A stretch of DNA of 64,000 nt from Eledone cirrhosa (GCA_964016885.1 OZ024758.1:930001-994000); one strand, 5' to 3'. Numbered from the stretch's first letter, positions 27,672 through 43,327 are shown. Translations and numbers: made by a program. The notes: a model not told the origin generated them from the letters alone.

Positions 27672-30219
27672 AATATGTGTATGTTCGTGTAATTTCTCTT
27701 TCTGCTATTATCTGCCTCTCAGAGATACATACAGATATAGATACACATACATACATATACACATGCATACATATACACATACTACATACATGTACACATG
27801 CATACATATACACATACACATTCACGAAATACATACAGACACTCACACAGAAATATATCTTGATAAATGTGTGCACTTATGATCTCCGACTGCAGATACA
27901 TGGCAATCACTTAGAAACGGATGAAAAATGTTTTCATGTTTGCGTGTAACTATATAACCTTCATATTGTTATGCATCTATGCCTGTATGTATAAACGCAT
28001 AGACATAAGTATGAATATATATATATATTTGTGTATGTGTGTCTAGTTTTGTATCTAAGTGTGTGTGAGCGTGTGTGCATGTGCGTTTGTATGTCTGCTA
28101 TTGCTGAGTAAAGATCAATGAAATTTGAAGGAAAACGAATTATTCCCGTTGCAGTCATGTTAAGAAGTACTCAAACCAGAGCTTTTTACATCTCAGCTAT
28201 TTCAAGTAAAAGCCAAAAGCAGGTTTTCAAGTGGTCTTCCCGCACCCGGCCCCATCTCCATACTCAGTCACACACATAAATGTAGACATATGCAAATATA
28301 CAGTATATTTACTTACAAACCCTATATACACGCGTATGCACATACCGTTTTCAACAATCTCTATTCTTGTCAGCGATGTTATGTTATATACTAAGGTATA
28401 TTATGATGCTACAGATGTTGCTGATACATTAACCACTGTCAGACATTTTATGAAAAATGCCAATTACCATCAGAAATCCTGACTTTTGCAACGTAAAAAT
28501 TGCACAGCACATCGAAAATAAAAACTTTTATACGTCCTGTTGATTGCCAACTTCCTTTATATTGACATGGTTTTACATGTAAGCGATACATTTTTGGTCA
28601 GTGTAGTTACAGTTTAGTTGGCTAACTGACTGGCTAGGAATGAATTTCATAGCTACTTTTTCTCCATCAGACTTCTCTATCCTGGTTATAACAGATTGTA
28701 AAACGCCCTACTTGAGTTTTGCGATTCGGAAAGATCTGACGTACTCTGTTCAAATTATCAATACCATTAACCGAACTAAACCGTGCTTTTCTATCCAACT
28801 TCAAGTAATCCTGCCTGTTGAAGCATCTTCTGCCTTTAATCTGTACTTTTAGTTTTGTTTCTTGCTTTTTTTTTTTTTGCTCTTAATCTTTGCTCTTTTC
28901 ACTAAATTGTTCATAGTATTTTTTGTGTCTTTTATTTTTCTTGTTTCCAATCATCTAAGTTTGTATTCTCTATTTCTCTCTCCTCTCTCTATTTTTCTGC
29001 CCTCTCTCTATTTCTCTGCCTCTCTCTATTTCTCTTTCATACTTACAGCATATATTTGTTCTCACTATATCTTTAAACTCTGTCTCATTCTCTTTGATTT
29101 CATTCTTCCTCTAACTCTCTTCTCTTCTCTTTTCTTCCTCAAACATACACATACATACTTCTTAAATTCTTTCTTAAGTCCTGTATTTTCTTTTTCCCTT
29201 ATCTATTTCCTTACCTGTATTCTACTTACTATAAGGATTTGGCAAGCTGATTTTAAATATCATTGGGGTTGACATTGCAGTTTTTACCCTCAATGGGCTC
29301 GATAAAGTTTTACCAGTCAATTACAGATATCGATTCACTTGACTATATCATTTCTCTGAACTTTCTAGCTTTTTTTCGTCAATATAATTTTGGTAAGGGC
29401 GAGCAGCGAATGGAATGATAGTACAAGATAAGCCCTGGATAAGTTAATAGCAATGATTCATGTGTGTGTGTGGGGGGGGGGGATATGTGCGGTGACATTG
29501 TAACAATCACCTACCCATTGTTAGACTTCTAACTTCATACCTCAGGTGCTGCAGTGAATACTTCTACTCTCAATAGTCACGCCCAGAGAATACACTTAAA
29601 CTATAGCTAATAATCTACATACTATCGCCAATTCAATTGACTCTACTCAATCCCTTTGTGCTTAATTAAAACAAATCTGTATCAGTAAAATAAAGTGCCA
29701 GCCTAAACGGTATTATTTCAGTTTTAGATACACGTTTCAATTCTATAATTCTTGAATGGTAGACTTAATCCGTCACCCTGTTTAACACTATCACATGGCT
29801 CAGGGATGGTTTTAGCCGGGTTTATTCTGTTAGAAGCTTTTGAGAGGCTTTCCGTTTTGAGCATAAATTCTTCCCTTCCTCTTACCAATCATGGTTGTCC
29901 TGAAAAGGTCCACTGGTCGCTGAACTTCCTCTTTTGACTAAGCTATTAAAAATTAAAAAACCTTTTAAATAAAATACATACAAGTAATACAGTTAAACTG
30001 TTACGTGAATAAACTATTCAGTCGACCCTGCTATGTATAGTGTTTAGTCGAGGGGAGAAAGTTAGTGGCCATGATTCTTTTCAAGATCTTCAACTTAATG
30101 ACGGGAGATCGAAAGGAAGGTATCCTCAAATCAGAGACGTGTTCCGTGTGCTTGCAAGAGCTTGGCCGCCACTAAAGACAGAGATTTAACTCGTATCACC
30201 TGCAAAGTTGAGGACACCC

Positions 30220-30438
30220 AAGAGATGGCAACATGAATGGACCTGTTATTTTTATCTAAAGACATTTTTTCCAATTCCATCCCGCCCGTCCCCTCAATCT
30301 ATTTTATTTCTCATTCTTTCTCCTGATGAAGGACTAGCGTCCGAAACGTTAAGACCCTCTTCCTGCTATATCAAGCGTTAACCTAATATATACCTTCCAT
30401 ATACTGTACCGATTGTGTTGTTATTTCTGTTTACCTTT

Positions 30439-30442
<4 letters not shown>
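30220..30442 (+). mobile_element. Penelope-like terminal-repeat fragment with hammerhead-like motif (family H2)
   Basis: CTGATGA(30323)-A-GGAC-TAGC-GTCC-GAAA-CG-TTA. The ~220-bp unit recurs at 55262-55430, 56303-56462 and (diverged) 61780-61865; this copy ends in (TA)n. Confidence 0.7.
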
Positions 30443-30519
<77 letters not shown>

Positions 30520-30531
30520 CTGTGTGTGTAT

Positions 30532-30564
<33 letters not shown>

Positions 30565-30583
30565 GTGTGTGTGTGTGTTTGTG

Positions 30584-30670
<87 letters not shown>

Positions 30671-31959
30671 TATGTGTGTGTGTGTTTGTGTGTTTGTGAG
30701 TGAGTGAGCTTGAGTGTACGTTATATGGGCGTGGACCGAATATAAAGCCGAGGTAGGATCTTGAACTGAGGACCATTCGGTCAGGAATCCTTAACCCTGT
30801 TGGCCAGCTGTAGTTAATGCTAAAATATAAGTCGTTAAAGATATAGAAATTAACCAAACGTAAAAGCTAGCATGGAAATGTTTAGCATAAGAAATGCATC
30901 ATGTTGAATATATCTCCGGAGGCAGGAAAATGATGAGGACATCAAGTCTAGTAAACCAAAAACAAACCGATGAGGCAACGGATAGGATGAATAAAGTTTG
31001 AGCCTGGCAAAAAACAGGTGCCTTGAAGGTCGTATTTCTTTTCGGCTACGCTTCTTAATCTTTCTGTTTACGCTCGAGGAATTCCTGTCGTGTTGCGTTA
31101 GCAAGCCTCACTTCTCTCAAGTCCTCTGGTGGACGACCTGTCTAGTCGGTTTTTAAATGGCTTACTTTCACCGGTTGATTGTTTGGTTGTTTGAATGGTA
31201 TTACTCCAAAGTCTGTTTGGATGTCTTGATAGTTGAAGGGTTAGATATTTGTAATTACTGACGGGTTCGTGGGTTAGTTGGTGTCAATAATATAACATTT
31301 ATCTGCTTGTATGATTGCCTTTCTTGACTTAGCAACACAGAGTACTGAATGGAATGATAGCACGATAAAAGCGTTGGCTAAACCAGCCGAGATCGAAGGC
31401 CTGGTAGCTCATTAAATTAAGAAAATGCAGTCTAATGTGTCTGGTTGTCAAACAAATAATAGAGCGTTCTATTATCTGATTATTTTGGAGAATGAATAGA
31501 ATTACCCATATTTAATAATTTATTGAAAAGCAGAGCATTCTTTTGCATCTCATTGCTTGAAAAACTCCGTTCCTTTACAGATATTTCCAAAGAGTCCATC
31601 ACAGGTTCGATACATTTTTGACGGTGAGGTTGACAAAGGACTGGTTGTAACAAATATTACAAAGAACTACTATCAATGGACACAAGGTTTTATACACAGA
31701 CGTTAACGAAAATATATATACATAAATACATATATTCTGCAGTCTCTTTATACGAAATATAGCGCACATGACATTAGTCAAATAGAGACAGGTTATTTTA
31801 AAAGAAACTAACCCCTAATCTACTTGGCTGCAATACAACCGTCACCATTATTCACATTCGAATAAACATCCAGGCCACCGATGTTGTGCAAGGGAAAGTC
31901 ATTGGTTGATACAGCTTGGCATCAGTGACACCGCAATACTTTTCTGTAGCTGACTAAAC

Positions 31960-32072
31960 TGGATCAACGTGGAAAATAGTATATTGCTCAAGGACACAAC
32001 GCATCACCCGTTCCGGGAATCGAACTCAAAACTTTCCGATTGCATGCCCAACGGTCTAACCACTAAGCCATG
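31960..32072 (-). mobile_element. SINE family B head
   Basis: ttgctcaaggacacaacgcatcacccgttccgggaatcgaactc...ctaaccactaagcca. Confidence 0.85.
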
Positions 32073-32673
32073 TGTCTTCAAAATATGTTTAATGTAGAAA
32101 CGTTGAAAACTGTTCTTGGTGTAGTTATCCTATTTACGTTGTTCTGCAGCAAAGGTAGTCGCTGTTGCACATTTTTATTTGCTATGCTAAGACATTCTAA
32201 GACTCTTTGTCTCTGTCAGGAATTTGAATATCTCTTTACATATGTTTCCGTGAAGTAACCTGTGATAAACTGCATGATAAGAATTTGAATTACTGATAAG
32301 AAAAAAAAAGCACACAAGATTGAAATATCGCTGGCAACTGAGACTTTATTTTCAAACTAAGAGTTGATAGTCTACCTGACCTCATCAGGAGACTTCTTGA
32401 TTACTCGGTCAAAGGTCTACCTATAAAAATATCGTCTTCGCTGCTCTGCTTTAGAAACTAAGTATCTAAAAAAGACACTTTATATTCGATTATTTATTTT
32501 ACAAAGCGGCAATTTAGTACTACGAAGTTTTACAATTCTTGATCAGTAAAAAATCAATAGTCTTCGAATCTTTTGGTAGTTGGATGGAAATCTACTTTTT
32601 CCATTCCAATCATGTGCAGAAATCTGCCACAGAGATCGATAGTGTCAATACTATTATATTTATTGTCCATAAA

Positions 32674-32865
32674 TAATTGTTGCTACTTTTGGCACAAGGC
32701 CAGCAATTACCCCAGTGCATTACTGGTGCTTTGTTTTATCGACCCCGTAAGTATGAAAGGTAAAGTTAATCTCGGTGGGATTTGAACTCAGAACGGAAAG
32801 TGCCTTAACTCTATGCTGTAAAAGCATGGTGTCTGCCGCTCTACCGATACTGCCAATCGACCGCC
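32674..32865 (-). mobile_element. SINE family A, full length
   Basis: Reverse complement of the 10403 and 25431 copies. Confidence 0.92.
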
Positions 32866-33042
32866 TATAAATTATATACTATAAGGTATATCCCCAGAGA
32901 AAAAAGTAGCATAAAAGTCGCTCTCCATGTCCGCATTCATTTAGTTTTAGCCACCTCATGGATCCAATAGTTCAACACGCGTCACTACTCAATAAACACA
33001 ATGAAGACATAACACATCGTCCTTTTTATTATTATTATTATT

Positions 33043-33230
33043 GGTGGATTAGCAGTATCGGTAGAGGGTCGGACGCCATGCTTGGAAGCATAAAGTTACG
33101 CCCCTTTACGGTCTGAGTTCAAATCCCACCGAGGTTAACTTTACCTTTCATCCTTACGGGGTCGATAAAATAAAGTACCAGTAATGAACTGTGATAATTG
33201 CTGGCCTTGTGCCAAAAGTAGAAGCAATTA
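33043..33230 (+). mobile_element. SINE family A, full length
   Basis: gagttcaaatcccaccgaggttaactttacctttcatccttacggggtcgataaaataaagtaccag with an (tta)n tail. Confidence 0.92.
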
Positions 33231-33348
33231 TTATTATTATTACACACCCACATATATATATATTTATATAAATGTATATATATATAGATACACACACATT
33301 ATATATATATATATATGTAAATATATATGTGTGTATGTATATATGTAT

Positions 33349-33410
<62 letters not shown>

Positions 33411-33427
33411 GTGTATATATATATATT

Positions 33428-33469
<42 letters not shown>

Positions 33470-35490
33470 CATATATGTGTGTGCATGTGTATGAGAGTGT
33501 ATGCGGGTTTTTCTGGATGCAGTTTTTACGGTTGTTTGTTTGTGTAGCAATTAGTTTCAGGATCTGTGTAGACGTATGCCAACTTGTAATATTTCTGAAA
33601 GTGAAAAATCAACTAAAGGCTTAATCACCAAAAACTTGCACAGTAGCACGTAGGTGTTATCACGTCATGCGTGTGCCTTGCTTGCCTGTTTTAATACATA
33701 GAAGATAAGACATGTTGGTACATGTGGCACTACGATTCACATTCTATCTTTAAATATATACATATATGTGCTCCAGCGTACGTGTGTGTGTATGAGTGTA
33801 CTTGTGTGTGTATATTTCTATGTGTGTGTGTATTATCACAGGCACACTTGCTAATGTATTTCTTTCTTTTTTCGTGTAGCTTACATTACATTACACAAAG
33901 AATTTACAATTTTACAATTTTGTTTTAAATATTGATTTTTTACCTTCGCAGCAACAATTATATAACACTAAAGGAATGAAGATGATGTAACATTCATGCC
34001 GTTGCAGGAGATATCTTGTCGAAAATTAAAAGACATCCAGTTAAATTTCCTTTCAATGGTTTTACTGATTTAGAAACGTTGAATGGAATAAACGATCTGT
34101 AATCATACTTTAGATACACAACCTAAAGTATTAATTTATAGTGTGAAATATTGATTTATAGTGTGAAATATTGATCGATAATGTGAAGTCTAATGGTTTC
34201 TTGATAATCTTGTGTTCTGGTTGTCTCGATTAAGAAGGTCTAAGATGAAAGACATTGTATCTGACATTTACTGATATTTCTGTAACAGATCGAACGGGGA
34301 CAATGAACATTCCTTTCTTTATCAATTAAACCACTAGATCGATAAATTAATATGTAAATGTATGAATTTCCACAGACACGTGTATTATTAACATTCTGTC
34401 GTTTAACCTCACTATTTTTAATTTAAATGTCCAACTCCGCTCGCCACTTTCTGAACATGTGACAATATCTCAACCCCAAATTTGCCTGCAAATCACTTTA
34501 AAACATCTTACATGTGCAAAATTTACAAACAAAAAAATCTACATGTGAGAAATTTAGAAAAAAAAACAAAAAAAAAAACATCGGTGCAAACACAGTGAAG
34601 GATTTATGTATAAGAACGAAATCAACAATAACAATAAAAGATTAATAAACGAAAGTAATGTAAAGTGTGATGTGCTCATGCATAGAGATGCTATTAAATA
34701 GCTTAGAACGATGGTAAATGAAGTTGCCATCAGCGCTTCAAAGTCCAATCTCCCGGCTATGTATACTGTTTATTAATAAAGGGGATAAATTCGTGTCTAA
34801 TATAAGCTGTAAGCCATAGATGTTCAAGAAAGAAATAGTTGGATTGTTCATATTTTTCTTCTCCACAAATTCATAAAATGTAAAGCAATGTGAACCCCAA
34901 TGAAATTTGAACTCAGAAACAAGGAACCAGAAGCATTTTGTCCGATGCAATAACAGTAATAATAAAACTTAGCAACTAAATAGATAAAGAGATAGATAAG
35001 ATGAAATAAGCATGAAATTGACGTCGACGACTGTCATGTCATTTTTATCGATAACTAAACCTGGTGTGTGTATGTACTTGATAAGCCGACACAAGCCGAC
35101 AACACACCGGAAGCTTGGTTACGGCCATATTTCCTAGATCCAGTAAACGCTCCAGTGAGAGCACGTTTTAAAAAATAAGCGAATTTAAATTATACAACAG
35201 TAACAAAAACAATAATAATATTAGTAATAGTAATAATAATACTAAAAATAATAACAATGATGAAAACGAGAACAACAACGACAACAACATAAATAACAAT
35301 AATAATTAGATAAGGTAAAATAAGATAAAAATACACGTGGGGTCAACTAAGGTGTCCTGTTGAACTGATACACGCGTCACCCACAAAAAGCTATTTGCTG
35401 GCACACTTCCCTTTATGAAGATTATTTATTGCTTCAGCTCACAACATACCCTAACGCAAACTCACACACGTATGAGTATATATATATATA

Positions 35491-35521
<31 letters not shown>

Positions 35522-35546
35522 CACACACATATATACATACACACAT

Positions 35547-35577
<31 letters not shown>

Positions 35578-35578
35578 A

Positions 35579-35624
<46 letters not shown>

Positions 35625-36400
35625 ATATATATATATATAGAGAGATAGATAGATATGTATACATACATGCATATACACATACATACACATGTGTGTATGT
35701 ATGTGTATATGCATGTACGTATGTATGTATGTATGTTATTCTGTATGAAATGCGAGGTCACTGATTGTACATGATCCTGAATCGAACACGTGGGAAGGAT
35801 TCTAATGAAACACATCTGGACGGATATGAGGGCATTGGGCACCTTTGCCACGAACAAAACTCGCTACACCCTCCAGCTCTCATCTATCCACCCACGGACC
35901 TCTCCCCTCTACTCCAGACACCATTTTCCGCTTCAATTCAGAAAGATATAACCAATAAATAAATAGAGTATATAAATTATATATAATAAATTTAAAACGA
36001 AAAATTCAAAAAGAACGAAAGTATAGCCCCACCGTGTCTCCTCAGAGGAATTTTACAGTCTGAACTATTCCCTAGTATCAGGCAATATTTGCAGTATATA
36101 CGTATATATAGTTATGCTCTATTTATATATACCCGTGATGTGTGCATGTATTTGTTCTCTAGTCTATCCTGTCTTGCAGCACAGAATATAAGATAATTAG
36201 AAAACTGTTTACGATAGTGATGAAACTGTGGAGAGAAAGTGAGAGAGTATATATATGAGAGGGATAAGAAAAGATATAGAAATAGTGAGAGAGGGGGATA
36301 TCTTAGATGAGTGAAAGACAGTCAGGAATACAAGGAGTAAATAAATGAGGAAATAAATAAATAAATAGATGTAGAAAGATAGATACATAGATGGTATGTT

Positions 36401-36722
36401 ATGGCCCCGTGACTCCCGAGGTGCCATATTGATATACTGAATTTCTAGGACATTTTCAAAAACTTGGCGGAGCCCCTCTCCCCTCCATGTTTGAATACAA
36501 CAGATTTCTTCCTGAGAATGATAGATCATAAAGAGTCAGGGAATGGAAGTGAAATGGGGATATAGAGGAAGAATCAAACCCAGAACTTGATTGATATTTT
36601 TTTTATTGACACCGAATGGTCGAAAAGCAATGTTAACCTTGGCAGGATTTGAACCAAGAGAGCAGAGAGCCAGAACGAATTGCCCGTAGCTCTCCATCAG
36701 ACGTTCTAACAACTCCACCAAT
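36401..36722 (-). mobile_element. SINE-related element with extended 3' part
   Basis: Homologous to 4363-4634; reverse head ggatttgaacc...ttctaacaactccaccaa. Confidence 0.7.
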
Positions 36723-37835
36723 TCTTTACATCAGATACATAGATAGATGGCAGCAAAGGAAATACAACGCATGTTTAAAAAACCCTTTTAGAAAGCTATG
36801 AAAGGTTAGTAGGTCCCAATTGAGCACACAACTCTACACAATGTTTCTCTACACATGTTTCTCTACACATGTTTCTCTACACATGTTTCTCTACACAATG
36901 TATATTAGACGAAATTATCCGGCTAAAATTCTAAGATTAAATTAATCTTGCAGAATAGGTGGCGAGAAGAGAGTATTTACTGTCATCAGATAGAATATCT
37001 TGCGTTTTGTGTCTTGTTTTCTGTGATCTGAGTTCAAGTTTCACAGACATCAACTTTTGGTATATATATATATATTTAATATTAAGCTAGAATTTGTGAG
37101 ATATCAATCTTTATCAGTCGCAACGTAGTGCCAATGATCGTTTATGCCAGTTTTACCCTCTTTGTGTACAATATTGTATATTTACTCAGTGACTAACCCA
37201 CCATTACTTCCCCATGTACGAAGAGTGTATCTTTCGCAGTACAGGTTTAATAACACCGATTATGTTCGGAGTTGTTTCTTGCGCTTCCTCTTATCATTTA
37301 ACTTTCATTTGTTTTTCGGCTGTCTCTTTTTCACAGCATAATTAGTTCTAATTAGTTTTTCATATGATTACTGCGTTTTATATTTTTAATATCTTATCGC
37401 TTAAGCTTCATATATTTTTTCAAATAATATGAAAGAAAAATCTTTTAATTTCGTTAATTGTTTGGTAATTATCATCATCAATTCTCATAAATCTTAAGCA
37501 ATTATGTGAACACATGATTGAGTTATGAGACAGGAATATTTCTGTTAAAAGAAGCATTATTCCCTGGAGTAGAGAAAGTTATCATTATAGTGAGTCACGA
37601 ACAAAGAAAACAAGTGTTAAACCAGCTTTACACGTAGTTAATTTTTAAATCACTATGTTTAGCTTCATTTAAATGTCTATATTGATCAGTCAATTCTTGC
37701 TTAACCACGGATTCATTTTAATTTAAATATTGGATTTATTGAGTGTAAATATTCTATAAATATGATTTAAATAGTCTGGTTCAAATGTTTGAACATCGTC
37801 ATTATTTTTTAACATAAGGAATAGATTCATACATG

Positions 37836-37913
<78 letters not shown>

Positions 37914-38500
37914 CATGTAAATATATATATATGTATATATATATACACATGCAAACATATACACGCGTTGATGTATATATGTGGGCAGAGATAGATACGA
38001 GTATGTATATTCCCAGCAATATTGAGTTTTCAAACTGTCACATACGGTTATGTCATCGACAAAACAAAACCAGGAGGCATTTAAGCGGAAGATACACAAA
38101 GCAACGTATGGTATTGTTACAGAACATTTAACCCTCCTTGGACAAATATTTAGATAATAAACTTCATTATTCCAATAAATAACAGGCACCGCACTCTCCC
38201 CTTTCACGAACATCAAGACATACATAAACTGTAGTGTCGTAACGGTAGAGCCAAACAATTAACGGAGATACACATTCACATACAGACATCCAGATATAAA
38301 TATATGAAAAGAGAGACCCTTATTTCATTCAGATATGGTTTATATATCGTTTTTGCTTTCATATGAAATATCCATTGTTTATGTTTTGCCACGTTTTGTC
38401 TTGATGTTCTCACAATTGTTTTGATGTTGTTCATATAGATGACTCTCTGTCTAACTTATATATAATGAACACACGCACACACATATATATAATGTACATA

Positions 38501-38651
<151 letters not shown>

Positions 38652-38721
38652 TATATATATATTCTTATATTCAGGAAGGTCATTTGGTTATAATATTGCC
38701 AGAAATAATAATAACAAACAC

Positions 38722-38832
<111 letters not shown>

Positions 38833-39200
38833 ATATATCACGTGTGTACATCTGCTTTGCTTAGGTGTATGATGTGTATTTCATTTTTCTTATTAGTTTT
38901 TCTTTTCTTTATGTTTTATCTATAACTGTTATTTCCCTTCTTCTCTATATCGTTTATAATACCGCGACATTCTCTTAATATTTTGTTGCTTAATCACACT
39001 TTACTTTCCCTCTTAGCATATTTCATACACCTCCGGCCACCCACCTCTGGAGAATACTCTCACACATACAGAGAATTATATATATAGACACCTACTCATC
39101 CACACACACACACACATGCATAACCTCCTTTTCTTTCTCTCTATATATCCATCTATATGTTTCTCTCTCTCTCACACACATATATATATGTATACATATA

Positions 39201-39291
<91 letters not shown>

Positions 39292-39345
39292 TTGTAAATA
39301 TATGTTCATGCATATATAATATATGTCTATCTATTATCCTATCCA

Positions 39346-39410
<65 letters not shown>

Positions 39411-40189
39411 ATATTTATATACATACATAGATACATACATACATATAGATATATATCAGATTATAATTAAATAAAGGGACAGAAAAAATAATAAAATGTC
39501 TTCCTTCATTCAACATAAATGATGAAGATATTAAATAGCGCCAGAAATATGACCATATTTAAAAGGAGCATCACAATTACTACTACTACAACAACAACAG
39601 CAATAACAATAACAACAGCAATAACTACAACAAAACAACTACAACAATAACTACAGCAACAACAACAACAACAACAACAGCAACAATTACCACAACAATA
39701 GCTACAGCAACAACATCAACAACAACAACAGCAACAGCCACAACAACAACAACAGCCACAACAACAGCAACAACAACAAATACCACTACAACAACAACAA
39801 CTACAACAACAACAACAACAACAACCAACACCACCAATGCAAAACCATCACCAACCACCGCCATCACCACAACAACATCAGCAACCAACACCACAACAAC
39901 AACCACAACAACACCTACAACAACAACAAAAACAACAACCATATCAACAACAGCAACAGCAACCATATCAACAACAACAACCACTACCACAACAATAACA
40001 ACAACAGCAACAACAATAACAAAAAATAAAGAAATGACGGTATTAAATTTATGAAAATAAATGAAAAAAATAGAGATGAAAGATAAATTTAAGATGACAG
40101 AAGGTAATTAGTGTAGCACAAGACTGGGAATTAGTGAATGTCAGGTAAGATACACACTTTTATAGATCTCTCTCTCTCTTTCTCTCTCT

Positions 40190-40287
<98 letters not shown>

Positions 40288-40769
40288 TTATATATATATA
40301 TTTAATTAGAAAGTGAACAACACAATATATAACTACTCCATTACCAAACGTTTCTGGATACTAGGCAATATTAATATACGTCTGGATCGTTCATCAGACA
40401 GACTCTGTTCTATACATAGAGCACTCTTTTTCAATTGATTTTTCTTCGGAATTACCTAGCATATATTATATATATATAATAAAATGTTACAGAATCGTGA
40501 GAGAGAATATTATTGAACACTCACATTCATACTTTAACTGTGCCTCTTTAAATTGGCTTGACAAAACATAATTAAATTAGCACGTAGTAACTAGGGGTAG
40601 GAGAATAAATCAATATTTTGTAATAGTGGACTGTAATTTAGCAGATAATTCCAAATAGTACCTGAATTACTCCCTTTGATCACAAACAAACATTTAACTT
40701 TGTAACACCGAGATATGAATTTCGATGTTAAAATCTTACTCATCCCCATTCAGGGTTCATTATTACATC

Positions 40770-40868
40770 TTTTAACTTTGCCTTTCATCCTTACGGGGTC
40801 GATTAAATAAAATACCAGTAATACACTGGGTAATTGCTGGCCTTGTGCCAAAAAGTAGAAACAATTAT
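40770..40868 (+). mobile_element. SINE family A, 3' half
   Basis: ttaactttgcctttcatccttacggggtcgattaaataaaataccag...gtagaaacaatta. Confidence 0.9.
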
Positions 40869-40981
40869 TACATCCTTTAGTTTCATGTAAGCCTCTGAAG
40901 AGTCCAACCTGGGCGTAACATGTGTAAGAGCTTATTATATATATGTTAACGGCCTGCTTGTCTTTCATCAATTTCTTCGAT

Positions 40982-41013
<32 letters not shown>

Positions 41014-41213
41014 CATAGTTAAAGAATGAAGAGTAACATGGTTGGCTGTGCTATAAGGGCTTTATTTAAAGTACTGACAATTGTTTCGTTGATCAGGTGA
41101 GTCTAGAGTTCGCTAATCGCTTGAGGTTGCGTCATTCGATCTCCAATACATATATATACATACATATCTATACATATATATATATATACACACATACATA
41201 TACTGTTATTTTA

Positions 41214-41252
<39 letters not shown>

Positions 41253-41421
41253 CATACATACATAAAAACACACACACATATATATACATATATATATATA
41301 ATCCAGGCACAAACCGCGTTGATTACAAGATGCTGATGTATGAGATGCAATGGAGCTATTGCTTAATCAACGGACAATTCATATTTACGATATATTCCAT
41401 AAATATTACAAATGTGATCAA

Positions 41422-43327
41422 ACAATGTTTGGTTGTTTCTTGGTCTCTCTTTACCCTACTCAGACAATAACAATGTTTGGTTGTTTCTTGGTCTCTCTTT
41501 ACCCTACTCAGACAATAAGAATGTTTGGTTGTTTCTTGGTCTCTCTTTACCCTACTCAGACAATAAGAATGTTTGGTTGTTTCTTGGTCTCTCTTTACCC
41601 TACTCAGACAATAACAATGTTTGGTTGTTTCTTGGTCTCTCTTTACCCTACTCAGACAATAACAATGTTTGGTTGTTTCTTGGTCTCTCTTTACCCTACT
41701 CAGACAATAAGAATGTTTGGTTGTTTCTTGGTCTCTCTTTACCCTACTCAGACAATAAGAATGTTTGGTTGTTTCTTGGTCTCTCTTTACCCTACTCAGA
41801 CAATAAGAATGTTTGGTTGTTTCTTGGTCTCTCTTTACCCTACTCAGACAATAAGAATGTTTGGTTGTTTCTTGGTCTCTCTTTACCCTACTCAGACAAT
41901 AACAATGTTTGGTTGTTTCTTGGTCTCTCTTTACCCTACTCAGACAATAACAATGTTTGGTTGTTTCTTGGTCTCTCTTTACCCTACTCAGACAATAAGA
42001 ATGTTTGGTTGTTTCTTGGTCTCTCTTTACCCTACTCAGACAATAAGAATGTTTGGTTGTTTCTTGGTCTCTCTTTACCCTACTCAGACAATAACAATGT
42101 TTGGTTGTTTCTTGGTCTCTCTTTACCCTACTCAGACAATAACAATGTTTGGTTGTTTCTTGGTCTCTCTTTACCCTACTCAGACAATAAGAATGTTTGG
42201 TTGTTTCTTGGTCTCTCTTTACCCTACTCAGACAATAAGAATGTTTGGTTGTTTCTTGGTCTCTCTTTACCCTACTCAGACAATAAGAATGTTTGGTTGT
42301 TTCTTGGTCTCTCTTTACCCTACTCAGACAATAAGAATGTTTGGTTGTTTCTTGGTCTCTCTTTACCCTACTCAGACAATAAGAATGTTTGGTTGTTTCT
42401 TGGTCTCTCTTTACCCTACTCAGACAATAACAATGTTTGGTTGTTTCTTGGTCTCTCTTTACCCTACTCAGACAATAAGAATGTTTGGTTGTTTCTTGGT
42501 CTCTCTTTACCCTACTCAGACAATAAGAATGTTTGGTTGTTTCTTGGTCTCTCTTTACCCTACTCAGACAATAACAATGTTTGGTTGTTTCTTGGTCTCT
42601 CTTTACCCTACTCAGACAATAAGAATGTTTGGTTGTTTCTTGGTCTCTCTTTACCCTACTCAGACAATAAGAATGTTTGGTTGTTTCTTGGTCTCTCTTT
42701 ACCCTACTCAGACAATAAGAATGTTTGGTTGTTTCTTGGTCTCTCTTTACCCTACTCAGACAATAACAATGTTTGGTTGTTTCTTGGTCTCTCTTTACCC
42801 TACTCAGACAATAAGAATGTTTGGTTGTTTCTTGGTCTCTCTTTACCCTACTCAGACAATAACAATGTTTGGTTGTTTCTTGGTCTCTCTTTACCCTACT
42901 CAGACAATAACAATGTTTGGTTGTTTCTTGGTCTCTCTTTACCCTACTCAGACAATAACAATGTTTGGTTGTTTCTTGGTCTCTCTTTACCCTACTCAGA
43001 CAATAACAATGTTTGGTTGTTTCTTGGTCTCTCTTTACCCTACTCAGACAATAACAATGTTTGGTTGTTTCTTGGTCTCTCTTTACCCTACTCAGACAAT
43101 AACAATGTTTGTTTGTTTCTTGGTCTCTCTTTACCCTACTCAGACAATAAGAATGTTTGGTTGTTTCTTGGTCTCTCTTTACCCTACTCAGACAATAACA
43201 ATGTTTGGTTGTTTCTTGGTCTCTCTTTACCCTACTCAGACAATAAGAATGTTTGGTTGTTTCTTGGTCTCTCTTTACCCTACTCAGACAATAACAATGT
43301 TTGGTTGTTTCTTGGTCTCTCTTTACT
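41422..43327. repeat. Near-perfect 48-bp tandem array, 39 full units plus one partial
   Basis: Unit aatgtttggttgtttcttggtctctctttaccctactcagacaataa(c/g). The only variation is the C/G site plus one G>T at 43111. There are no spacers. Confidence 0.99.

Noticed and set aside
32330-32395. CTGATGA...GAAA on the minus strand as a hammerhead
   Set aside because: No convincing helix I, II or III pairing.
41422-43327. CRISPR-like array
   Set aside because: Units are contiguous with no unique spacers, there are no cas genes, and the context is eukaryotic.
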